Shown here: one piece after another, positions 1 to 10,300 of the stretch
Layout: each line of letters starts with the position of its first letter
Position numbering within the stretch: position 1 is the first letter of the stretch
DNA from: Microcystis aeruginosa NIES-843
GTDB taxonomy: Bacteria; Cyanobacteriota; Cyanobacteriia; Cyanobacteriales; Microcystaceae
Length of the DNA: 32,000 nucleotides
Direction of reading: 5' to 3'
Assembly (NCBI RefSeq): GCF_000010625.1
Contig: NC_010296.1
Location: 5,190,001-5,222,000 of the forward strand
Position numbers and translations under genes: made by a program
The notes under the pieces: model-generated
Told to the model about the DNA's origin: nothing
Seen by the model: the letters and a program-made list of their open reading frames with translations, nothing else
Databases searched by the model: none

Positions 1-251
1 AGGATAATCGCTAAACCCACGGCTGCCTCGGCTGCCGCTACGGTAATCACGAAAATAGTAAAAATTTGGCCTCGGATATTAGCGGGGTCAAGATAGTTGG
101 AAAAACCCATTAAGTTAATGTTAACAGAATTGAGCATCAATTCGATCGACATTAAAACCCGGACAGCATTGCGACTGGTGACTAAACCGTAAATTCCGAT
201 ACAAAATAAAGCCGCCGCTAATAACAAATAATACTCTAACTGAATCTGCAT
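1..251 (-). CDS. ndhE: NAD(P)H-quinone oxidoreductase subunit 4L (NdhE/NuoK), N-terminal part; the 3' end runs off the window
   Basis: Reverse-strand ATG at 251-249. My hand translation reads [44 protein letters not shown]..., typical of NuoK/ND4L. It lies directly downstream of ndhG, as in the cyanobacterial ndhAIGE operon. It is missing from the ORF track because the window edge truncates it. Confidence 0.85.
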   Translation of the reverse strand, partial: MQIQLEYYLLLAAALFCIGIYGLVTSRNAVRVLMSIELMLNSVNINLMGFSNYLDPANIRGQIFTIFVITVAAAEAAVGLAII

Positions 252-270
252 GATACCTCTTTCTTTTGTC

Positions 271-867
271 TTATTTAGGGGCGGTTAATTCTCTAGGTCG
301 TTCGGGCAATGTTAAGGCTGTGGCCGTAGGTTCTTCAGCTTTTAGGGTGGGGATAAGGTCACGACGAGCTAAAATAATTGCTCCGACCATGGCCATTAAT
401 AATAGCACGGAAGCTAATTCAAAGGGTAGCAGGAAATCACTAAAGAAATGCTTACCGATTTCTACTAAAGTATTAGTTACTACGGCGGGAGAAGTGGTAG
501 AAATTGACCAAGGCGTGATTAAAACCATGGTCGATAACAGCACAAATAAACCCACACAAACTAAAGCTGTAGATGCCTGACGAATCCAACGTTTAGGAAT
601 ATCAGAAAAGTCCTCTTGCTTGTTAACAAGCATAATGGCAAAGAGAATTAAAACGTTAATTGCACCCACATAAATTAGAATTTGTGCCGCCGCTACAAAA
701 TCAGCATTTAGTAAGAGATATAAACCTGAAATGCTGATAAAAACACCGCCCAATAAAAAGGCGGAATAAACGATATTAGACAATAGCACCACGCCTAAAG
801 CTGTCCCGATTACTAGGGCTGCTAAAATGCCAAAAGATACTATTTGAACGCCCTCGGCTAAATTCAC
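271..867 (-). CDS. ndhG: NAD(P)H-quinone oxidoreductase subunit 6 (NdhG/NuoJ)
   Basis: 198-aa polytopic hydrophobic ORF with ND6-like sequence ([21 protein letters not shown]). It sits between ndhI and ndhE. Confidence 0.9.
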   Translation of the reverse strand: MNLAEGVQIVSFGILAALVIGTALGVVLLSNIVYSAFLLGGVFISISGLYLLLNADFVAAAQILIYVGAINVLILFAIMLVNKQEDFSDIPKRWIRQASTALVCVGLFVLLSTMVLITPWSISTTSPAVVTNTLVEIGKHFFSDFLLPFELASVLLLMAMVGAIILARRDLIPTLKAEEPTATALTLPERPRELTAPK

Positions 868-900
868 AGTAGTTTCATCTCCTTTTATGCTTGAGAGTTA

Positions 901-1006
901 TTAATTATTAGTTATCAGCTTCTGAAGGCAAGAGGCAACAGGCAAGAGGCAAAAGACAGAATCTGGCAATTCTCCTACCTAAAAACCGTGACGGCTGATA
1001 GCTAAC
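901..1006. repeat. Imperfect inverted repeat (arms 901-919 and 984-1006) enclosing a tandem 12-mer, filling most of the ndhI-ndhG spacer
   Basis: Left arm is TTAATTATTAGTTATCAGC. The reverse complement of the right arm is TTAATTAGCAGTTAGCTATCAGC. Blocks TTAATTA, AGTTA and TCAGC are shared, with indels between them. The right arm ends 7 nt from the ndhI stop codon. Confidence 0.5.
927..952. repeat. Direct repeat GGCAAGAGGCAA x2 separated by CA
   Basis: Read directly from the sequence: ggcaagaggcaa at 927-938 and again at 941-952. Confidence 0.8.
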
Positions 1007-1012
1007 TGCTAA

Positions 1013-1585
1013 TTAATCAGTAATTTCTTCTGGACGTTTGCCGGCGCGTTGACTACCGGCGGGTAAATCGTGGGGTTCGATAACACCTTTAGGCAGATAA
1101 CCTAATTCCCTCAGAGGTGTCACCATCGGATCTTGGGTGACTTTGTAGGGTAAACGGCCTAGGGCGACGTTATCATAGTTTAATTCATGACGATCATAGG
1201 ATGCCAGTTCGTATTCTTCGGTCATCGATAGGCAATTAGTCGGACAGTATTCGACACAATTACCGCAGAAAATACAGACCCCAAAATCGATACTGTAGTG
1301 TTTGAGTTCTTTCTTTTTAATTTCCTTGTTAAAAGTCCAATCCACTACTGGTAAATTAATCGGACAAACTCGCACACAAACTTCACAGGCGATACATTTA
1401 TCGAACTCAAAGTGAATTCTACCCCGATAACGTTCCGAGGGAATTAACTTTTCGTAGGGATACTGGACGGTAATCGGACGACGACGCATATGGTCGAAGG
1501 TAACGGATAAACCTTCGCCGATGTATTTCGCCGCTTGAATGCTACCTTTGGCGTAATCGCTGACTTGTTTGAGGATGTTAAACAT
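1013..1585 (-). CDS. ndhI: NAD(P)H-quinone oxidoreductase subunit I (NdhI/NuoI), 2x[4Fe-4S] ferredoxin-type
   Basis: 190-aa ORF with two CxxCxxCxxxCP motifs ([12 protein letters not shown] and [12 protein letters not shown]). It lies between ndhA and ndhG. Confidence 0.92.
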   Translation of the reverse strand: MFNILKQVSDYAKGSIQAAKYIGEGLSVTFDHMRRRPITVQYPYEKLIPSERYRGRIHFEFDKCIACEVCVRVCPINLPVVDWTFNKEIKKKELKHYSIDFGVCIFCGNCVEYCPTNCLSMTEEYELASYDRHELNYDNVALGRLPYKVTQDPMVTPLRELGYLPKGVIEPHDLPAGSQRAGKRPEEITD

Positions 1586-1627
1586 GATGGTCAGAGGTAT
1601 AGTAGGTTAACAGGGCAAAAAAGGAAA

Positions 1628-2746
1628 TTAACCGCCAAAAGCAAAGGGAAAAGCTAGTTTTAGGGCGGCGGTAAGTAGTAGGTTAACTAAAGATACCGGT
1701 AAGAGGAATTTCCAGCCTAAATCGAGTAATTGGTCAATGCGAACCCGGGGTACGGTCCAACGCAAGAGAATAGCGATGAAGATGAGGAAATAGGCTTTTA
1801 ATACCGTCATCGTAATCCCGAGGGAAGCGGTGATAATTTGTAGCCAAGGATTGGTTTCACTAACTCCCAACCAGCCGGCTAAAGCATTGACGGGGATAGG
1901 AAATTCCCAACCGCCAAGATAGAGGACGGCGAAAACTAGGGCCGACAGCACGAGGTTGACGTAGGAACCCACATAAAAGAGAGCGAATTTCATCCCCGCG
2001 TATTCGGTTTGATAACCAGCGACTAATTCCTCCTCCGCTTCCGGTAAATCGAAAGGCAGACGTTCACACTCGGCTAAAGCGGCAATCCAGAAAATCAGAA
2101 AACCCACCGGTTGGCGCCAGATATTCCAGCCTAAAATGCCATAACCGGATTGTTGTTCGACAATATCAATGGTACTGAGACTATTAGACATCATCACAAT
2201 CGCTAATACCGATAAAGCCAAGGGAATTTCATAACTAATCGATTGCGCCGCCGCCCGCAGGCCTCCCAGCAAGGAATACTTATTATTCGAGGCATAACCC
2301 GCCATTAATAAACCAATGGGGGCAATACTGGACAAGGAAATCCATAAAAAGATCCCCACGTTTAGGTCGGTAATCAGCAGATTTTGACCGAAGGGGACGA
2401 TGAGATAGGAGACAAACACCGGCATCACCACCAAAATTGGCCCAAAGAGGAATAACCAAGGGTCAGCCTTAGCGGGGACGACATCTTCTTTAAAGACTAA
2501 TTTCAGACCGTCGGCGACCGGTTGTAAAACGCCCAAGGGTCCCGCGTATTCCGGCCCGATACGCTGTTGGACGGCGGCGGAAATTTTTCTTTCTAACCAG
2601 ACGCAGACTAAAACCCCCACTGTGGCGGCAATAATCATCAGGAACATGGGTAAAGGCATCCAAATCGCTTTAGCCAGTCCTCCACTTAATCCCAAGTCTG
2701 TTAGGGATTTAATGAAACTTTCTTGTAAATCTATGCCTTGATTCAT
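1628..2746 (-). CDS. ndhA: NAD(P)H-quinone oxidoreductase subunit 1 (NdhA/NuoH)
   Basis: 372-aa polytopic membrane ORF with NuoH/ND1-like sequence ([32 protein letters not shown]). It is the first gene of the ndhAIGE order. Confidence 0.92.
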   Translation of the reverse strand: MNQGIDLQESFIKSLTDLGLSGGLAKAIWMPLPMFLMIIAATVGVLVCVWLERKISAAVQQRIGPEYAGPLGVLQPVADGLKLVFKEDVVPAKADPWLFLFGPILVVMPVFVSYLIVPFGQNLLITDLNVGIFLWISLSSIAPIGLLMAGYASNNKYSLLGGLRAAAQSISYEIPLALSVLAIVMMSNSLSTIDIVEQQSGYGILGWNIWRQPVGFLIFWIAALAECERLPFDLPEAEEELVAGYQTEYAGMKFALFYVGSYVNLVLSALVFAVLYLGGWEFPIPVNALAGWLGVSETNPWLQIITASLGITMTVLKAYFLIFIAILLRWTVPRVRIDQLLDLGWKFLLPVSLVNLLLTAALKLAFPFAFGG

Positions 2747-3124
2747 ATTTGGCGATCGCTGTACTGTCGATAGTTCGGCATGGTTTGAAGATTTTTAAGC
2801 AAATCTTATAGCCTAGTATACAGTTAGTCGGTCTGAGGGTTATCAGTAAAGTGACAAAGGCTTCAACTCATTAGCAGCCAAGAGAGTCAAGGAATCTTGA
2901 TTCCCCGTCCGAGAATAGGTATTAGTCAATAGTTAGACTCTGAATCTATCAATGTTCTTATCTGTTTCTTAGCGCCGACAACCTCAGTTAGTTACCAATT
3001 ATTCACAGGAAAAAAATGGAGATAACTTACCGTTTAGGCAGTTAAAGCAGCTCTCCAGTCCCTTGTGCGATAAGTTTTACCGACTTTTAAAACCCAGTTA
3101 TCGAGCGTTTCTGGCCCATCGCCG

Positions 3125-3712
3125 CTATTTTTTCTGATAAGCCGCCTGTAGATCCCGAATCGAAAACAAAGCTTGAAACTGTATTCCCTGAGATTGGTAA
3201 AATTCCGCCCCTCCTTGCTCTCTATCCACCAAAGCAATGATTAAATCTACTTGATAACCGGCATCGCGTAATCTTTCTACCGCTACCATGGCACTTTTCC
3301 CCGTTGTCACCACATCTTCGAGGACAACCACCGCGGCCCCGGGGTTTAAAGTCGGCCCCTCGATATAAGCCATGGTTCCGTGACCTTTTGCCTCTTTGCG
3401 GACGATTAAAGCTGGAATCGGGCGATTTTCGTAGGCAGATACCACACTAACGGCGCTGACAATCGGATCCGCCCCTAGGGTTAATCCTGCCACCGCTTGG
3501 GTATCTGGAGGCAGTAGCGACAGCAATAAACGCCCCACGGCTAAAGCTCCCTCCGCAGTCAGGGTAACTTGTTTGCCGTTGATATAGTAGCTGCTTTTTT
3601 GTCCTGAAGACAGGGTGAAATCCCCCTCTCCATAGGCAAGACGGACAAGAGCATCGAGGAGAAATTGACGCAGGGAAGCAGTATCGAGATTCGCTACCGA
3701 GGAATTAGCCAT
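3125..3712 (-). CDS. pyrE: Orotate phosphoribosyltransferase
   Basis: PRPP-binding loop VVVLEDVVTTGKS and PyrE-like sequence throughout (FTLSSGQKSSYYINGK). I place the start at the internal ATG at 3712 (MANSSVANL...). The ORF-track start at 3814 adds 34 residues that do not look PyrE-like. Confidence 0.85.
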   Translation of the reverse strand: MANSSVANLDTASLRQFLLDALVRLAYGEGDFTLSSGQKSSYYINGKQVTLTAEGALAVGRLLLSLLPPDTQAVAGLTLGADPIVSAVSVVSAYENRPIPALIVRKEAKGHGTMAYIEGPTLNPGAAVVVLEDVVTTGKSAMVAVERLRDAGYQVDLIIALVDREQGGAEFYQSQGIQFQALFSIRDLQAAYQKK

Positions 3713-3867
3713 ATTTTCAGGATTGGGAGCCTGACTGACTCCAAAATTTCGGTTACAATTAAGCCAAAAGTCATTATATATTGACTCGATCGCTAGTATT
3801 GATTTCTTTCTCATCCCATTGACGCGATTTTTTAATTAACCCTATCCCTGTGAGGAGATTTTTACCC

Positions 3868-4320
3868 ATGCGCGCTAAATTTTTACTTCCTTCCCTGTTT
3901 TGTTTAACCGGTTTAGTCTGGTGGAGTTCGTCTAGTGCGATCGCCCAAAATTCACCCGCCACCACTCCCGCACCGGTAAAAACCCAACAATTGCAAATTG
4001 TCCCCTCTCCCGATACGGCGGTAGGATTTAATAATATCCCCGGTTTGTTTAACCGCGCTGTTAATAACAATACGGGTCGTTTCTACGACTACACCAACAT
4101 TTTAGGACAGTTAAACTCTCTTTTTGGTTGGCGTACTTTTCCCCAAGGTTCCTATTTCGATAATCTGATTACTAGGGATGCTAAATTGACCGAAACTTTA
4201 TACTATGATGTCATGCAGCAGCAACAGTCTGGCCCTTTAATTCGCACCCAAGATTTACCTAATCCCTTCGATACTTCCCTACAGGAAAATCCCAGTTATT
4301 TAAGTCCTGGCGGCTTTTAA
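3868..4320 (+). CDS. Hypothetical exported protein (signal peptide, Gln/Asn-rich mature part)
   Basis: The ATG at 3868 is preceded by GAGGAG at 3852-3857. The N-terminus MRAKFLLPSLFCLTGLVWWSSSSAIAQ looks like a Sec signal peptide with an AxA site. The ORF track begins at GTG 3850. I recognise no family. Confidence 0.55.
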   Translation: MRAKFLLPSLFCLTGLVWWSSSSAIAQNSPATTPAPVKTQQLQIVPSPDTAVGFNNIPGLFNRAVNNNTGRFYDYTNILGQLNSLFGWRTFPQGSYFDNLITRDAKLTETLYYDVMQQQQSGPLIRTQDLPNPFDTSLQENPSYLSPGGF

Positions 4321-4348
4321 TTCGCCAATTCAACTCGGAATTGGCGAA
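4321..4348. terminator. Perfect 11-bp stem / 6-nt loop hairpin between convergent genes (candidate bidirectional terminator)
   Basis: ttcgccaattc (4321-4331) pairs with gaattggcgaa (4338-4348), with loop aactcg. It starts right after the TAA of the + strand gene. Neither side has a clear U-tract, so terminator function is uncertain. Confidence 0.35.
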
Positions 4349-4434
4349 CAATGTAATGGGTCGAGAATCTTCTTTGAAGGTTCCCGAACTGCGGCAAGAT
4401 GCCTTTTTAAGTTCGATCGAAGCTCCTTGAGAAG

Positions 4435-6429
4435 CTAAACTCTCACCCATTTGGCAATATCAAGGGTTTTGTCATAACGATAGCTCATGCCATCATTGGC
4501 AACAATTATTTGACCTCGACTGGCTTTATTTTTGATGGTACTTAAGCTATAGTTGGTCAGTTTTTGCATTTCTTGATGGGTAAAATTGTCTTGATTGTTA
4601 ATTTCAGAGACAATTTCTATCGTTTCATCAACGGTTTTGGCATTGTTAGAATGAGTTGCAATCGCTGCTGATGGATGATAGTCTTCCATCCTCATTAAGC
4701 GCCAAGTAGAATCCTCGGAAAGTTCCAAAACCTTTTGATGGTAGTTAAACAAACTTTCTCGATGTCCGACACTAATAAAGGTCTTTCCAGTTTGTTGTAA
4801 CTGTTTATATAAATGATCTTCATTTTTTAAATCTAAAGCACTGGTGGCTTCATCTAAAATCACAAAATCTGGCTGATTAACGAATAGTCGCGCAAAGGCT
4901 AGACGTTGTTGTTCTCCTAAAGATAAAATATTTTCCCAATCCACTTCCTCATCAAAATTTTTGATGCGATTAAGAACATCTTGTAGGTTAACTTCTTGTA
5001 AGATTTCTTTTAATTGGGATTCACTCATCTCCGTTGTCGTTTGAGGATAAATTAGCTGTTCGCGCAGGTTTCCTAAAATGATATAAGGACGTTGGGGTAA
5101 AAATAATAAATCGTCGAGGGGAGGTCGCACCAAATGACCTGTCCCTGTATTCCATAACCCAGAAATAGCGCGTAAAAGAGAACTTTTTCCTCGACCACTT
5201 GGCCCAACAATTAATAAACCTTTCCCTGGTTCAACGGATAGGGATAAATGTTCGACAATCACTTTAGCGGCATCGGGAGTTTGTAAGGTGACATCCTCAA
5301 AAGTTAGATTGTTATCTTCAATGACTTTAATGGTATTAACTGGGTTGGTTTGTTCGCTTACACCCTCTAAAGCTTGGTAAAACTCTTCTAAACGTTCAAT
5401 ATAATTAATAAACTCACCGGAGCGTCCAAATTCATCCACTAACACGGATAAGGCTGTGGAAAAGAAATAGCAACAATAGCTGGCTTGGTTAACTTGTCCA
5501 AACTCAATTTCACCACTAATATATAATGGGGAAACAATTAAGAAGGGGAAGATTTGAACAATGGATTGATAGCCGCGGTTAAAAAATTCCTGGGTTCTTT
5601 CCCAATTAATTCTTTCAATCATGATTTTAATCACCTGATTGAACTTTCTTTGAATAATATTTAACTCTTTTTCTTCCCCTCTAAAAAATGCAATTGATTC
5701 AGCGTGAGTCCGAACATGAGTAATGGCGTATTTATAGGTTCCTTCGATTTCTAATTGTTGTTTATTGACTTTATTTAGTTGTTGAGTAATATAGGTGGCA
5801 AGAATATTTCCAATAATCGTATAAACCAGAAGCACAATAGAAATGGTTTTAGAAATTGACCAAAGGATGACAATAAAAACCAGCATCTCCATAACTTTTT
5901 CAACACAGGTTGTTAAAAAGTCCATCGTTGTTCTGGCAATGGGTTGAATTTCTTGGGATAAACGTTGATCTGGATTTTCAATATCCCCTTTAAAATTAAT
6001 TTGATAATAAGCACGATTTTTAAAATATTTTTGCAAGATACTACTATTGATCCATTGATACCAATCCAGCGCAATTAGTTTTTTAAGAAACCTAGACAAT
6101 CCTGTGAAAAACGTCATACTGCCTAGAGTAATCCCATAAATAATGACAAAATGAGTTAATTTTTCTGCATCCCTAGCTTCTGTGACGCTAATTAAGTCTC
6201 TAAAAACAAAACTATTAAACGCATTAAGACCTACTACTCCCACTAATAATAAAAACAATAAAACGAGCATTCCCCAGGAACGAATAATCTGCGAAAAAGC
6301 TCTATCCTGGTGTTCTTTCGGATACCAATAAACTTGAATAAATCTTAAAAATTCTTGAAGAGATTGATTGAAAGTTCGGGTATCTTCTTTGAGATTTATA
6401 GTATCTGAGGCTTTTTCTGCAACATTCAT
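4435..6429 (-). CDS. aerN: ABC transporter, fused permease (SbmA/BacA/ABCD-type TMD) plus ATPase; last gene of the aer block
   Basis: 664 aa. The TMD carries the NPDQR signature (GDIENPDQRLSQEI) of the ABC_membrane_2/SbmA-BacA family. Walker A is GPSGRGKSSLL, the ABC signature is LSLGEQQRLAFARL, and Walker B is FVILDEATSALD. The symbol is assigned from my memory of published Microcystis aer clusters, where the terminal ABC transporter is aerN. It has not been verified. Confidence 0.8.
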   Translation of the reverse strand: MNVAEKASDTINLKEDTRTFNQSLQEFLRFIQVYWYPKEHQDRAFSQIIRSWGMLVLLFLLLVGVVGLNAFNSFVFRDLISVTEARDAEKLTHFVIIYGITLGSMTFFTGLSRFLKKLIALDWYQWINSSILQKYFKNRAYYQINFKGDIENPDQRLSQEIQPIARTTMDFLTTCVEKVMEMLVFIVILWSISKTISIVLLVYTIIGNILATYITQQLNKVNKQQLEIEGTYKYAITHVRTHAESIAFFRGEEKELNIIQRKFNQVIKIMIERINWERTQEFFNRGYQSIVQIFPFLIVSPLYISGEIEFGQVNQASYCCYFFSTALSVLVDEFGRSGEFINYIERLEEFYQALEGVSEQTNPVNTIKVIEDNNLTFEDVTLQTPDAAKVIVEHLSLSVEPGKGLLIVGPSGRGKSSLLRAISGLWNTGTGHLVRPPLDDLLFLPQRPYIILGNLREQLIYPQTTTEMSESQLKEILQEVNLQDVLNRIKNFDEEVDWENILSLGEQQRLAFARLFVNQPDFVILDEATSALDLKNEDHLYKQLQQTGKTFISVGHRESLFNYHQKVLELSEDSTWRLMRMEDYHPSAAIATHSNNAKTVDETIEIVSEINNQDNFTHQEMQKLTNYSLSTIKNKASRGQIIVANDGMSYRYDKTLDIAKWVRV
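4438..4584 (-). other. C-terminal 49-aa tail of the ABC transporter resembling an excisionase/MerR-type HTH (HTH_17-like)
   Basis: Tail sequence is FTHQEMQKLTNYSLSTIKNKASRGQIIVANDGMSYRYDKTLDIAKWVRV. It follows the pattern (T/S)xxExxxLxxxSxxTIxxxxxxGxIxxxxxGxxxR(Y/F)xxxxLxxW seen in phage excisionase-type DNA-binding domains. Judged by eye only. Confidence 0.35.
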
Positions 6430-6612
6430 GGAATTCTTCTCGCACTAAAATGGGGGACATTAGAACTTTTAATGTCTATCTATTGAGTTAGACACTAATT
6501 CAGCATACCATAAAAATCTGCATTATTATCACAAATTCTATTACTACTATTTTCTAGATTTTTTACATATCAGGAATCAATATTAACCTATTGTTTAGGC
6601 ATTGGAGCAGAT

Positions 6613-7221
6613 TCATAATCGTTTGATAATTTTGGCAGGATTACCAGCAACAACAGTAAAAGGTTCTACATCTTGTGTCACCACCGAACCTGCTCCAATA
6701 ATTGCTCCTTTCTCAATCGTAACCCCTTTAAGAATCGCAACATTAAATCCAATCCAAACATGATCTTCTATCACCACTGGTGCAGATTGTATATCAACAT
6801 CCTTAGCATCCTTAATCAGATTATTCAAAATGAGTACTTCCATAAATTCTTTCTGTCTTAAAACATAATTTAATGAATGAGCATCGGTATCATAAATACT
6901 GACATCATCGGCAATTATAACTTCATTGCCAATTTTGATAGAATTTGCTGATCTAATTCGAGTTCCTTCACCCATATAACAATCTTTACCGATTTCTATT
7001 TTTCCGCCATAAGCAAATATAGCTAATTCTCCGAGAATTACTCTATTTTCTCCAATTTTAATTAAACTTTTATCATTCTGATGATTTACACAATTTCCGT
7101 AAAATTTTACGGAACTATCGAACGTTGCACTTTCAGCCAGTTTTTGGAGTTTTTCGATTTTTTGTTGTTCTTCTAAGAATTTGGAAATTAATAAATATAA
7201 TTTATGGTTTAAGTTAAACAT
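6613..7221 (-). CDS. Left-handed beta-helix (hexapeptide-repeat) acyl/acetyltransferase, maltose/galactoside O-acetyltransferase-like
   Basis: 202 aa with hexapeptide repeats ([15 protein letters not shown]; [27 protein letters not shown]) and the C-terminal GNPAKIIK motif typical of LbH O-acetyltransferases. Confidence 0.8.
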   Translation of the reverse strand: MFNLNHKLYLLISKFLEEQQKIEKLQKLAESATFDSSVKFYGNCVNHQNDKSLIKIGENRVILGELAIFAYGGKIEIGKDCYMGEGTRIRSANSIKIGNEVIIADDVSIYDTDAHSLNYVLRQKEFMEVLILNNLIKDAKDVDIQSAPVVIEDHVWIGFNVAILKGVTIEKGAIIGAGSVVTQDVEPFTVVAGNPAKIIKRL

Positions 7222-7318
7222 AATATTTTCCTCGTGGAATTGATGATCTGACTTTTTTGAATCTAGGGATGAGATAAGCTGCGCAATTCAGCTTATGGGG
7301 TCTGATTAAATCGATCAT

Positions 7319-10300
7319 TTATTTTGTTAAAAACCCACTTTTAGTAAAATATTCAAAATAAGTTTTTAACAATTTTTGATCAATCGGGGGAAAATTAAAC
7401 GCTGTACCCTTTAACCCCATCATCGTATTTTGATCATCAAACTGGGGGGGATAACCTGCGGATAAATTTTCATCTGAAAAATTATCTAACACCGGAGATA
7501 AAGCATTATCTGTATTAATTTTACATTGTTCTGTTAAATGTGATCGCCATTTTTCAAAAGAAACCAACTGCAACGGATAACCCATTTCCCGAACACAATC
7601 AAATAAGTCACGATTTAAGGTTGGGTGAGAATTCAACAAATGAAATGCTTTCCCTAAAGAGCTTTCTTGACTGGCTAAATGTATAATTGCACCACTCACA
7701 TAATCCACAGGAGTGAGGTCTTCTGTACTATCGCCAAAATCAGGAATCATTCCTAATTGAATACAGCCTTTAATCATACGACAAAACAAATCTTCTCTAT
7801 TACAAATTCCAGTTTTACTATGTCCAATAATTCGAGATGCTCTGAAAATTGTCATCGGAAGTCCCCGTTTTCCAGCTTCCATGATTAATTTTTCAGCGAC
7901 CCATTTACTTTGAGTATAACCGGCATTGAGTCCATGATTTATACCCAGGGGATCAGATTCTTGAATTAAGTTTCCTTGAGCATAACTGGGGGAAAAAACA
8001 GAAATCGTCGAGACAAAATGGACAGGTTTGGTTTTAATTAAGCAGGCTAATCTCAAGATTTCTGCTGTTCCTAAAACATTAGTGGGTTTCAGTATTGAAT
8101 AGGGATAAATTGCATTAACCCAAGCTCCATTATGATAAATCACATCAATTTGATTGGCTAATTCCAGAAAATCAGGTTCACACATTCCTAAACGTTTTTG
8201 GGATAAATCACCAATAACAGGAATAATACGAGAGCTTTTCTGTTCATCCCATAATTGAAAGGTTTTTAATTTCTGGTAAATTTTCGCTTGAGCTTGTTCT
8301 AAACTTTTGTCTCGAATTAAACAATGAATATTAGCTTCTGTTTTGTCCAACAATTCAGCTAATAAATGAATTCCGAGAAACCCCGTAGCTCCTGTTAGCA
8401 AAATATCAGCAGGTTTCTGAGGAAAGAAAGTCAGAATATTCGGCGGTTGAATGGTGGGATCTAGGGCAATTTCGACTTGCCAATCTGGGATTTGATCACT
8501 CTCAATTGTATCAGATAAATTCAAGTCTAAATTAGAGGATAATCCTGCTACCGTCGGTTCTGAAAAAAGATAGTTTAAAGGAATATTAATAGCTAATTGT
8601 TCTCGCAGTCGAGAAATCACTTGGGCAGCTTTTAAAGAATGACCACCTAAGTCAAAGAAATTATCGAAAATACTAATTTGCTTTAACCCTAAAACATCTT
8701 GCCAAATCTCAGCAACAATTTTTTCCGTAGCTGTTCGGGGTGTAATCATCGTTTTTTGATACTGACTTTCGGTGGGTGCGGGTAAAGCGTTACGATCAAT
8801 TTTCCCACTGCTCATTAAGGGCAATTCTTGAAGCTGTACAAAGAAAGCTGGAATCATATAATCTGGTAATTTCTGTTTAAGAAAACTCCGCAATTTTGCA
8901 GGATCAATGGATGGATATTTTGGCACAATATAAGCCACTAATTGTTTATTATTTGTTTGATCTTCTCGAACAATTACCGCCGTCGCTCGGACATCTGGGT
9001 ATTCAGTTAATACGGCTTCAATTTCGCCAATTTCAATACGAAACCCTCGAATTTTAACTTGATTATCAATGCGTCCTAAAAACTCTATATTTCCATCGGG
9101 TAAATAACGAGCTAAATCTCCAGTTTTATAGAAACGTTGATATTCTGATGAATTAAAAGCATGAGTAATAAATTTTTCACGGGTTAAATCATCGCGATTG
9201 AGATAACCTTTGGCCAAACCTAAACCTCCAATTAACAGTTCTCCTGGTATTCCAATGGGGACTTGTTGCAAATAGCGATCACAAATATAAACCTGTGTAT
9301 TTGTAATCGGTTTACCAATGGCAACAGAATGAATTTGAGCAATTTTATGAATGAAATTGGGATTAAAAACTGTGCTGGTTATCGTCGCTTCTGTCGGACC
9401 ATAAGCATTCAACCAAGTGATATCTTCTCGTTGACTATTTGATAGTATTTTTTGCCATAATATTAATCGCTCTGGTAATACTTCTTCACTTCCTGTAATC
9501 ACTAAGCGTAGGGTTTCAGGTAAGGTTATTAAAGTTTGAGATAAATCTAATACCCATTCATGCCAATAAGTAGCCGGAAGATTAATGACTGTTAAACACT
9601 TTTGCTGAATAAATTGAGTAAAATCAGCTAAAGAAGGGAACATTAATGCAGGACGCATAACTAAAGTTGCACCCGTTAAAAAAGTTGGATAAATTTCTTC
9701 AGCAGCTACATCAAAGGTAAAAGAAGCAAATTGTAAAATTCGATCACGATTTGTTAAATCATAGACTTTAATGATTCCTAAACTATGATTAACTAAACTT
9801 TGATGTTCAATCATAACCCCTTTAGGAGTGCCTGTTGAACCAGAGGTATAAATAATATAAGCTAAATTATTTGGCTGAATAGGGTTAACTAAATTGTTTT
9901 GGCTTTGACTAACAATTAAGTTTTCTTCAGTATCCAGACAAACCACTTCTGCTTGATGATCACGGAATAAATTAACCAAGGTATTTTGAGTAATTAATAC
10001 CGAGACTTGAGCATCATTTAAGATATAGTTTAAACGCTCTTGGGGATAATTGGGAGCTAGAACAAGATAAGCAGCACCGGTTTTAATAATTGCCAAAAAA
10101 CTGATAATAATAGATACAGATTGTTCTAAACAAATTCCCACTAACGATTCAACTTTAACCCCCTTAGATTGGAGATAATGAGCTAATTGATTGGCACGAT
10201 GATTTAAGTCTTGATAGGTGATTTTTTCCCTGCACCATTCTATTGCGATCCCATTTGGATTTTTTAAAACTTGATGTTCAAATAATTCATGAATACAAAC

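Noticed and set aside
266-580. 104-aa + strand ORF
   Set aside because: It lies entirely antisense to the well-supported ndhG. It has low-complexity composition and no recognisable motif.
3034-3237. 67-aa minus-strand ORF overlapping the pyrE 3' end
   Set aside because: It overlaps pyrE in another frame and extends into the ndhA upstream region. It has no motif and is probably spurious.
3713-3814. N-terminal 34-codon extension of pyrE given by the ORF track
   Set aside because: The extension (MRKKSILAIESIYNDFWLNCNRNFGVSQAPNPEN) does not resemble the PyrE N-terminus. The internal ATG at 3712 gives a protein of 195 aa. The longer form cannot be strictly excluded.
3774-4070. 98-aa minus-strand ORF
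   Set aside because: It is antisense to the signal-peptide-bearing + strand gene and spans the pyrE upstream spacer. It has no motif.
4259-4450. 63-aa minus-strand ORF
   Set aside because: It spans the convergent intergenic hairpin and overlaps both neighbouring gene ends, so it is spurious.
6673-6861. 62-aa + strand ORF
   Set aside because: It is antisense within the LbH acyltransferase gene and is an AT-rich frame artefact.
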